Shown: positions 24,770 to 32,154 of the stretch, one piece after another | Layout of the letters: each line of letters starts with the position of its first letter | Numbering within the stretch: position 1 is the stretch's first letter | Origin: Acidimicrobiales bacterium | Lineage (GTDB): Bacteria; Actinomycetota; Acidimicrobiia; Acidimicrobiales; Aldehydirespiratoraceae | DNA length: 64,000 nt | Direction: 5' to 3' | Assembly: GCA_965116865.1 (NCBI GenBank) | Contig: OZ220727.1 | Span: 1,156,798-1,220,797, forward strand | Made by a program: the position numbers and the translations under genes | Notes under the pieces: model-generated | What the model saw: the letters and a program-made list of their open reading frames with translations, nothing else | What the model was told of the DNA's origin: nothing | The model's database searches: none

Positions 24770-25399
24770 ATGATCTCCTCAACCGTCCCACCTTCCTGCT
24801 CGAGTTCCGGTGCCCTGACCGTGGCCCTGACCATGGACGGCGTCATCGCGAACTGGGTGAAGGGTCTGAGGGCGCATGTCGCCGCCCGGCACGCGATCGC
24901 GGACAGGCAACTGGCGCTGAACGTCTCCTGGGACCTCTCCGAATGGGGCGTGGACGACCCGGCGGGCATGATCCGCGACTTCCTGCTGTCACCGATGTCT
25001 GGGCGGCTCAAGCTCGTCGAAGGAGCGCAGGCTGGGATATCCAGGCTTCAGTCGGCCGGCTTCAGGGTCGTGGCTGTGACCCGACGCGACCACCTAGTCG
25101 GCGACGATCCCGACGACCAGGACAAGACCCGCGGCATCGCCCGCCAGTGGTTCGCCGGTCAGCCGCATCTGTGCATAGGCGACAATGACATCGTGTTCAC
25201 CGACGACCCGGTCGCTGTGGACGCCGATTTGTGGGTGGACGACGCGCCTCGGCGAGTGAAGCGCCTGGTCGAGGCCGAGAAGCCGGTGTGGGTGCTGCCG
25301 CAGCCGTGGAACCGCTCAGTAGTGCAGCATCCAGGCGTGCATGTGCTGTTCGACGGCTGGGAATCGGTCGACGATCTCATAGCAGCCCACGCCTCCTGA
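24770..25399 (+). CDS. NT5C-like 5'(3')-deoxyribonucleotidase/HAD-superfamily protein, motif I atypical
   Basis: VALTMDGVIANW aligns with the DMDGVLADF motif I, but the first Asp is replaced by Thr. The C-terminal DLWVDD is motif-IV-like. The start is uncertain (24770, GTG 24821 or ATG 24833). Confidence 0.5.
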   Translation: MISSTVPPSCSSSGALTVALTMDGVIANWVKGLRAHVAARHAIADRQLALNVSWDLSEWGVDDPAGMIRDFLLSPMSGRLKLVEGAQAGISRLQSAGFRVVAVTRRDHLVGDDPDDQDKTRGIARQWFAGQPHLCIGDNDIVFTDDPVAVDADLWVDDAPRRVKRLVEAEKPVWVLPQPWNRSVVQHPGVHVLFDGWESVDDLIAAHAS

Positions 25400-25549
25400 T
25401 CCCAGTCCGATGATGTCGGCGAGCCAGCGGCCTCAGGACAGCAGGCACCCGCTCCGTGCATCGCATCGACCCCGCCCGTGGTGCGGACGAACCCCGGACG
25501 GCGGCGGTTGCCGCGATTCGAGCGGCGCGGGAACCGGCCCCGGCGGGGG

Positions 25550-25555
25550 TATAAT
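25550..25555 (+). promoter_or_regulatory. candidate -10 box for a leaderless carD mRNA
   Basis: TATAAT lies 7 nt upstream of the carD GTG (25563), with no Shine-Dalgarno sequence between them. Confidence 0.35.
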
Positions 25556-25562
25556 CGGTTGA

Positions 25563-26042
25563 GTGAGCTTCAAGGTCGGAGATCGGGTGGTGTACCCGCA
25601 TCACGGTGCCGCTGAGATAGTGAGGCTGGAGAAACGCACAGACTTCGGCAAGGAGCAGGACTATCTCGTGCTGCGCATGACCCACGGCGACATGATCGTG
25701 GCCGTGCCCGCCGAGAAGGCAGAGGACGTCGGGATGCGCTGGCCCATCAGCACCGAGGACGTGGACGACCTCTTCGAGGTGCTGGCGCGCCGCGACGTGC
25801 GCGAGCCCGCCAACTGGTCGCGACGCTACAAGAACCATCAGGAGAAGCTCAAGTCGGGCGACGTGTACCAGGTGGCCGAGGTGGTGCGCAACCTGGCCCT
25901 GCGGGAGCGGGCCAAAGGACTCTCAGCAGGCGAGAAGACGCTCTACAACACCGCTCGCAGCGTGCTGGTCTCGGAGCTGTCGTTCGCGCTCGAAGTGAGC
26001 GAGGACGATGCGTCGCGCCGCGTCGACAACGCCCTGAACTGA
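25563..26042 (+). CDS. carD: CarD family RNA-polymerase-binding transcription regulator
   Basis: MSFKVGDRVVYPHHGAAEIVRLEKRTDFGKEQDYLVLRM is the typical CarD N-terminal Tudor-like domain. 159 aa. Confidence 0.9.
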   Translation: MSFKVGDRVVYPHHGAAEIVRLEKRTDFGKEQDYLVLRMTHGDMIVAVPAEKAEDVGMRWPISTEDVDDLFEVLARRDVREPANWSRRYKNHQEKLKSGDVYQVAEVVRNLALRERAKGLSAGEKTLYNTARSVLVSELSFALEVSEDDASRRVDNALN

Positions 26043-26118
26043 CTCCCGCGGGGCCGGCCGACGCCGCCGGCCGCGAACGATGCGAGCGTCCATCGCCGCT
26101 GGTGCTTCCCTTGCTGCC

Positions 26119-27468
26119 TCAATCGGCAGTCAACGAGACCACGATGGATTCCGCTACTCTCCGTGCTACCTCGCTCGGCTTCAACCTGGCCACGCGCCCG
26201 TCGGGCAGACGCACTGTCCACTTGTCGGCATTCGGCAGCTCCAGTGTCAACTCCTCAACCCCTGGGGAATGCGAGCAGGCGCGCCTCCACCTTCGGGCGC
26301 CCGCGAGATCAGGGACCGACCAGAAGACAGCCGGTCCGTCACCCGCCTTGAGCCAGTCCTTCATATCGTTGCTGCGAAATCCACACCACGCCAGGTAGCG
26401 ATTGTGATCCAGCCCCGGAACGTCCACGTCGATGCGGAACAGCCACGCGTTGCCCGCCGAGTCGCCCTCGCACAAGGCCGCATAGTCGCCTGCCGACATC
26501 TCTGACTCATACCACCGCGTGGTGACACGGCCCGTGTCGCCGACCGCGGACTCGATGGCGTCCGTCACGAGAGAGAACAGCAGGCTCGCCGCGTCGTTCC
26601 AGATGGCGACGCGCCGGGCCTGCGCCTTGCGGAGCATCTCCTGAGCCGCGTCGTAGCCCTCGTGCCGCTTGGCTGCGCGCTCCAAGTCGCGGAGTGCGTC
26701 CTCGGCTCTGGCCAGGATCAGTTCCGATATGGGCTCGAGATCTCCGCCCATGTCCGACTCGGCGAGCGCGTCGTAGTACCTCAGCCGGTCCTTGCGGCGA
26801 ATGATGACGCTCGGAAGACCGGCCCTGATCAGCTCCAGGTTCATGACTGCTCTCGCCGTGCGGCCGTTGCCGTCGGCGAAAGGGTGGATGTGCGTGAGCC
26901 ACGCGTGCAGGACGATCGCACGCAGCAGCGGAAGGGTGCCGGCCTGATCGGCGGACCAGCGCTCCCAGTCCTCCATGCTCGACATGACCTGGCCCCAGGT
27001 TGCGGGAGGGGTGTGAGGCGCTCCGGAGATGCGCACGGGATTCGAGCGGAACAGGCCGGCGGCCGGCCCCCCACCGAGAATCAGGCTGTGGAGCTCCTTC
27101 GCCTGACGACAGTCCGACGGCGACGGATCCTTCGCCAGCTCGACCATGTGCGCGAGCGCTCGCGACAAGTTGACGGCGTCAGCCGAGTATGCGGGGTCGT
27201 GGCCTGTGATCGTCACACCCTTCTCGACCGCCAGTTCTGTCTCCCCGACGCTCAGCGTGCTGCCCTCGATGGCGTTCGACTCTGCGATCTGCTCGTAGCG
27301 CTTGTCGCCGAAGTACGCCCGCAACGTCGCGTCGGTCAGGCTTCCCCGCGCCCTGAGAAGGTCGGCGCGCTCCTGGAGCTTCGCTGCATCTTCGAGCACG
27401 TGCCGGCCGGTGGCGGCGATCGTGTAGGGGCTGCCGTCGAGGCTGATCGCAGTGGGCTGCCCTGGCAT
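26119..27468 (-). CDS. Fic/DOC family protein
   Basis: Fic motif HPFADGNGRTARAV in a 449-aa ORF. Confidence 0.85.
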   Translation of the reverse strand: MPGQPTAISLDGSPYTIAATGRHVLEDAAKLQERADLLRARGSLTDATLRAYFGDKRYEQIAESNAIEGSTLSVGETELAVEKGVTITGHDPAYSADAVNLSRALAHMVELAKDPSPSDCRQAKELHSLILGGGPAAGLFRSNPVRISGAPHTPPATWGQVMSSMEDWERWSADQAGTLPLLRAIVLHAWLTHIHPFADGNGRTARAVMNLELIRAGLPSVIIRRKDRLRYYDALAESDMGGDLEPISELILARAEDALRDLERAAKRHEGYDAAQEMLRKAQARRVAIWNDAASLLFSLVTDAIESAVGDTGRVTTRWYESEMSAGDYAALCEGDSAGNAWLFRIDVDVPGLDHNRYLAWCGFRSNDMKDWLKAGDGPAVFWSVPDLAGARRWRRACSHSPGVEELTLELPNADKWTVRLPDGRVARLKPSEVARRVAESIVVSLTAD

Positions 27469-27566
27469 CCGTTAGAACCTACAGGCCGAGCACAGACCGG
27501 CAAGCGGATACCACGCGGTGGTCGAGACAGGCGAAGCGGACCCTGCATCCCGACGACCAGCAAGCC

Positions 27567-27673
27567 GTCGCCGGGGTCTTCGGCGGACTGATTCGAGTTC
27601 GTGCGCGCGGCGCGCCGAAAATCGTCCAGCCCCTCGAGTCGCCGGGGTCTTCGGCGGACTGATTCGAGTTCGT
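27567..27673. repeat. X-Y-X junction repeat, period 71 bp
   Basis: The segment gtcgccggggtcttcggcggactgattcgagttcgt occurs at 27567-27602 and 27638-27673, between the Fic start and tRNA-Pro. Confidence 0.9.
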
Positions 27674-27771
27674 CTCACACCGAGTCCCGGCAGACTCGGC
27701 AGCGGGCCACGCAGACCGAGACTCATCGCGCTTGGGGGCATGATCGTGCATCGGTAGCCTGACGAGTCGCT

Positions 27772-27845
27772 CGGGACGTGGCGCAGCCAGGTAGCGCACC
27801 TGCTTTGGGAGCAGGGGGTCGCCGGTTCGAATCCGGCCGTCCCGA
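27772..27845 (+). tRNA. tRNA-Pro (anticodon TGG)
   Basis: Acceptor CGGGACG/CGTCCCG, D-arm GCGC-AGCCAGGTA-GCGC, anticodon stem CCTGC/GCAGG, loop TTTGGGA, T-arm GCCGG-TTCGAAT-CCGGC. Confidence 0.9.
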
Positions 27846-27853
27846 CCCTTGTC

Positions 27854-29560
27854 ATGAGCCCACTTCACGAAGCCCAGCGCAGGGCCGACGCGATCAAGCG
27901 ATATCTAGCGCCCGAGTCGTTGGAAGACGCTCTGGACGTGCTCGCGACGCGCGGCCCCTCGGCACGGGCCATCGCCGGCGGCACCGACCTGCTGTTGGAA
28001 CTCAGCCGCGGCGCGCGGACCGGCATCGACACCCTCGTCGATCTGAGCGTGCTCGACGGGCTCGACACCATAACCGAGCACCGTGAGCGGGTCGAGCTGG
28101 GGCCCCTCGTCACCCACGCCGATGTCGTCGGGTACGAGAGGATGCCGTCGGTGGGACTGCCGCTCGCGCAGGCCTGCCTGGAAGTCGGAGGACCGCAGCT
28201 CCGCAACCGGGCCACGGTCGCCGGCAACATCGTCACAGCCAGTCCCGCCAACGACACTGTCTCCGCTCTGTACGCGCTCGGCGCCGACGTGACCGTCTCA
28301 TCAGCCGGAGGCGGCAACCGGACCATGCCGATCTCGGACTTCCTCACCGGTTTCCGCACCACCGCGCTGCAACCGGGCGAACTGGTGACCAGGATCGCCT
28401 TCGACGTCTTGGGAGGCCCCCGGCGGGGGATCTTCGTGAAGCTCGGGCTGAGGAGGGCGCAGGCCATCTCGGTGGTCCACGCCGCCGCGGTCGTCACCGA
28501 AGACAGCGACGGCGCCGTGGCCGACCTGGTGGTGGCTCTCGGAAGCGTCGGCCCGACCATCGAACTGGTGGACGCAGCCGTCGGCATAGCCAGGGGCCGG
28601 CGCCTCGCCGCCGCCGCCGCCGACGTAGCGGCCGCGTCACGGGCTGCGGTCACACCCATCGACGACCTGCGCGCCACAGCCGAGTACCGCAGCCGCACGG
28701 TCGAGGCAGTGGTGGAACGAGCGCTGCGCTCGCTGGCGGCCGGCACCGAGGCCGCCACCTGGCCGTATCGGCCTCCGCGCCTCGCGGCGGCCGCCCGCCC
28801 CGCAGCAGCGCCCGCGCCAGCGACCGACGGCGCCTCGCGGCGGGAGGACGCCGACGACAGCGCCGCCACCCGCGACGTGCTCACGGGCAGCGCCGTCGCC
28901 ACGGGCTCGCAGCGGGAGATCACCGACGGCAACACCATCACGGCGACCCACACCCCCGGCTGGCAGCTCCACCGGCCAGACGTTCGGGAGATCACCGACG
29001 GCAACACCATCACGGCGACGGTCAACGGCGTCGAGCGCCGCGCTGCCAACGCCGCGGGGCGCACGCTGCTCGACTGGCTGCGACTCGACCTCGGACTGAC
29101 CGGCACCAAGGAGGGCTGCGCCGAGGGCGAGTGCGGCGCCTGCACCGTCCATCTCGACGGCCGAGCCGTGCTGGCGTGTCTGGTGCCGGCCGCCCGGGCC
29201 GCCGCCGCCAGCGTCACCACGGTCGAGGGTCTGGCCTCGCCGGACGGAGCGCTGCATCCGGTCCAGCAGGCCCTGGCGGACTGCGGGGGCGTCCAGTGCG
29301 GCTTCTGCACCCCCGGGTTCGTGATGAGCGCCGCCATGCTGGCCGAGGAGGAGCCCCACCCGAGCCGGGCACAGGTGGAGCACGGTCTGGCCGGGAACCT
29401 GTGCCGCTGCACGGGGTACTACTCGATCATCAACTCCCTCACCGACAGCGACGCGTCCCCCGCCGCCGACACCACACCGCGAACCGGCAGCCACAAGCCC
29501 TCGAACGGGACTCCCCCGCCGCCGACTCCCACCGACGCGTCCGGAGCGGCCGGGCTGTGA
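27854..29560 (+). CDS. fused FAD-binding (CoxM/XdhB-like) and [2Fe-2S] (CoxS/XdhC-small-like) subunit of a molybdenum hydroxylase
   Basis: The N-terminal half has AIAGGTDLLLEL and other FAD-binding features. The C-terminal part has GCAEGECGACTV, QCGFCTPG and NLCRCTGY. An Ala/Pro-rich linker contains a 72-bp duplication. Confidence 0.85.
   Translation: MSPLHEAQRRADAIKRYLAPESLEDALDVLATRGPSARAIAGGTDLLLELSRGARTGIDTLVDLSVLDGLDTITEHRERVELGPLVTHADVVGYERMPSVGLPLAQACLEVGGPQLRNRATVAGNIVTASPANDTVSALYALGADVTVSSAGGGNRTMPISDFLTGFRTTALQPGELVTRIAFDVLGGPRRGIFVKLGLRRAQAISVVHAAAVVTEDSDGAVADLVVALGSVGPTIELVDAAVGIARGRRLAAAAADVAAASRAAVTPIDDLRATAEYRSRTVEAVVERALRSLAAGTEAATWPYRPPRLAAAARPAAAPAPATDGASRREDADDSAATRDVLTGSAVATGSQREITDGNTITATHTPGWQLHRPDVREITDGNTITATVNGVERRAANAAGRTLLDWLRLDLGLTGTKEGCAEGECGACTVHLDGRAVLACLVPAARAAAASVTTVEGLASPDGALHPVQQALADCGGVQCGFCTPGFVMSAAMLAEEEPHPSRAQVEHGLAGNLCRCTGYYSIINSLTDSDASPAADTTPRTGSHKPSNGTPPPPTPTDASGAAGL
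28914..29019. repeat. X-Y-X repeat, period 72 bp, in frame inside the CoxM-CoxS linker
   Basis: The segment gggagatcaccgacggcaacaccatcacggcgac occurs at 28914-28947 and 28986-29019. The protein reads REITDGNTITAT twice. Confidence 0.9.
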
Positions 29561-31800
29561 GCATCGGCGCCTCCCCGGTCCGCATCGATGCGTCGGCCAA
29601 GCTGACCGGCGCGGCCGAGTACCCGAGCGACAGGATCCCGCCCGACGCGCTGTGGGCCATGGCGGTGTTCACCGACCAGCCCCACGCCCGCCTGACCGGA
29701 CTCGACTTCTCCGCCGCGGAGGCCGTCGACGGAGTGGTGGCGGTGTTCGGCTCGGTCAACGTGCCCGTGAACGAGTTCGGTCTCACGATGGCAGACCATC
29801 CCGTGTTCGTCGGCCTGGAGCACACCGGCCGCAGTCCGCTGCCCTGCGACGTGTCCCGCTGGGAGGCGGACCGTCTGGCGCTGGTGGTGGCCGAGACCCC
29901 CGAGGCGGCCCGGGCGGGGGCAGCCGCCATCGAGGCTCGGTGGGCGCCGCTGCCGGTGCTGGCCGACATCGACCAGGCGCTGGCCTCCGAGACGCTGGTC
30001 CATCCCGAGAACGGCGAGCCCTCCAACGCCTACTACTCGCTGCGCATCCGCAAGGGGAACATGGATCAGGGCTGGGCCGACGCCGACGTGGTGGTCGAGT
30101 CGACCTACGAGTTCCCCTACCAGGAGCACGCCTACCTGCAGCCCGAGGCGGGCATGGCCTACTTCGACCGAGAGGGCCGGGTGACGGTGAAGGTGGCGGG
30201 CCAGTGGACCCACGAGGACCGGGAGCAGATCGCCCATGCCCTCGACCTTCCCGTCGAGCGGGTGCGGGTGGTCTATCCGGCCATAGGCGGCGCGTTCGGC
30301 GGCCGTGAGGACATATCGGTCCAGATCGTGCTGGCCCTGGCCGCGATGAGGCTCCGCGAGCGGGGCATCGACCGTCCAGTGGCCACCGTGTGGTCGCGCG
30401 AGGAGTCGATCGTCGGGCACGGCAAGCGGCACCGGGGCCGGATCACCGCCCGCTGGGGCGCCCGCCGCGACGGCCGCATCACTGCGGTGAGCAGCACGGC
30501 CTGGCTCGATGCGGGGGCCTACAACTTCACCTCCAACAAGGTGCTGGGCAACTGCCACCTGCACCAGGCCGGCCCCTACGAGGTTCCCAACGCCGAGATC
30601 GACAGCTTCGCGGTGTACACCAACGCCACTCCGGCGGGAGCGTTCCGGGGCTTCGGCGCCCCTCAGGCTGCCTTCGCGGCCGAGAGCCAGATCAACAAGC
30701 TGGCCGCCGCGCTGGGCATGGACCCGGTGGAGATCCGCCGCATCAACGCGCTGCGCGAGGGCAGCATCGGCGTCACCCAGACAGCCATGCCCGAAGGCGT
30801 GACGATGGGTGAGGTGATCGACCGCTGCGCCGAGGCCGCGGCGGAGCCCGCCTCCAACGGCGACGGCGCGGCCTTCAGCCCGTTCCTGTCGCTGCCGCCG
30901 GAGCCGTCGGCGCTGCGCCGGGGCCGGGGTTTCGCCTGCTCATTCAAGAACGTCGGGTTCTCCTTCGGCTTCCCGGAGCGCTGCGAGGCCGAGATAGTGC
31001 TCCACGGAGGCCAGGACTCCGACGTGCCCGAGCGGGCCGAGCTGTACCACGCCGGCGCCGAGGTGGGCCAGGGCGCCCACACCGCGCTGGTGCAGATGGC
31101 CGCCGAAGCCACCGGGCTGCCCGCGGACCGCATCGAGCACCGCTTCTCCGACACGGCCACCTCAGGCGACGCGGGCTCGGCGTCGGCGTCGAGGCTCACA
31201 TGGATGTCGGGCAACGCCATCCTGGGCGCTGCCGAGGAGGCCGAGAAGGCCTGGCGCGACGGCCGGCGCCCGGCCGCGGGCCGTTTCCGCTTCGTGCCTC
31301 CGCCCACCGAGACGCTCGACCCCGTCGACGGACGCGGTATGCCCAACTTCAGCTACGGCTACGTGGCCCAGTACGTCGAGCTCACGGTGGACACCGGCAC
31401 CGGCCACATACGTGTCGACCGGGTAGTCAGCGCCCACGACGTGGGGCGGGCCATCAACCCGGACCTGGTGGTGGGCCAGATCGAGGGCGCGGTCGTCCAG
31501 GCCCACGGCTACGCGCTGAGCGAGAACCTCCGATCGGACGGCGGCCGCCTGCAGAACATGCGGCTCAGCACCTACCTGATGCCCGGCGTCGGCGACATAC
31601 CCACCACCGTCGACAGCGTGGTGCTGGAGCTGGCCGACCCGCTCGGCCCGTGGGGCGCCCGCGGCATGGCCGAGATGGGCATGATCCCCTACGCCCCCGC
31701 GGTGACAGCCGCCCTCCACGACGCCACCGGCGTCTGGTTCGACAGCTTCCCCCTCACCCCCGACCGGGTCCTGACCGACCTCCGGCGGGCGCTCGGCTAG
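29557..31800 (+). CDS. molybdopterin-binding large subunit of the xanthine dehydrogenase/CO dehydrogenase family
   Basis: GTG 29557 overlaps the upstream TGA (GTGA). Family-typical segments include AIGGAFGGRE and GFGAPQ. About 747 aa. Confidence 0.85.
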   Translation: MSIGASPVRIDASAKLTGAAEYPSDRIPPDALWAMAVFTDQPHARLTGLDFSAAEAVDGVVAVFGSVNVPVNEFGLTMADHPVFVGLEHTGRSPLPCDVSRWEADRLALVVAETPEAARAGAAAIEARWAPLPVLADIDQALASETLVHPENGEPSNAYYSLRIRKGNMDQGWADADVVVESTYEFPYQEHAYLQPEAGMAYFDREGRVTVKVAGQWTHEDREQIAHALDLPVERVRVVYPAIGGAFGGREDISVQIVLALAAMRLRERGIDRPVATVWSREESIVGHGKRHRGRITARWGARRDGRITAVSSTAWLDAGAYNFTSNKVLGNCHLHQAGPYEVPNAEIDSFAVYTNATPAGAFRGFGAPQAAFAAESQINKLAAALGMDPVEIRRINALREGSIGVTQTAMPEGVTMGEVIDRCAEAAAEPASNGDGAAFSPFLSLPPEPSALRRGRGFACSFKNVGFSFGFPERCEAEIVLHGGQDSDVPERAELYHAGAEVGQGAHTALVQMAAEATGLPADRIEHRFSDTATSGDAGSASASRLTWMSGNAILGAAEEAEKAWRDGRRPAAGRFRFVPPPTETLDPVDGRGMPNFSYGYVAQYVELTVDTGTGHIRVDRVVSAHDVGRAINPDLVVGQIEGAVVQAHGYALSENLRSDGGRLQNMRLSTYLMPGVGDIPTTVDSVVLELADPLGPWGARGMAEMGMIPYAPAVTAALHDATGVWFDSFPLTPDRVLTDLRRALG

Positions 31801-32136
31801 TGTCCCGAGTGGCTAGTTCCTCGCGGTTGTGTCTTTGCGGTGGTCGGCGTTTCTGGCGGCACGCCGGTCGGTGAACAGCGGCCGACTGGCGAGCACTCTC
31901 ATGTCACCGTCTCGCGCCCCCTGACCGTTCTTGATGCAGTTGACCGTCCATGAGACGCACAACTGCATCAAGAACGGCCGGGCACCCCACAGGCGCCGCA
32001 GACCCCGCGGCTGGACCGACAATTGGATCGACAACCGCAACGAGCATCCGCACCCCTCCGTGTGGCGCATGACCGCCGACGAGAACCCGAGACCATCGCA
32101 GCATATCTGCAACGCATTCCCCACTCGGGACACTAG
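31797..32136. mobile_element. 340-bp element bounded by perfect 16-bp inverted repeats (MITE-like)
   Basis: CTAGTGTCCCGAGTGG at 31797-31812 and CCACTCGGGACACTAG at 32121-32136. An internal perfect 18-bp-stem hairpin lies at 31925-31977. There is no convincing ORF. The left repeat contains the coxL stop TAG. Confidence 0.6.
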
Positions 32137-32154
32137 CGCGCTGTTGGCTGAGGT

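Noticed and set aside
24498-24770. Possible riboswitch in the 270-nt leader of the BMP-type ABC operon.
   Set aside because: I could not match it by eye to purine, 2'-dG, PreQ1, c-di-AMP or other known consensus cores. A covariance-model scan (Rfam/Infernal) would be needed.
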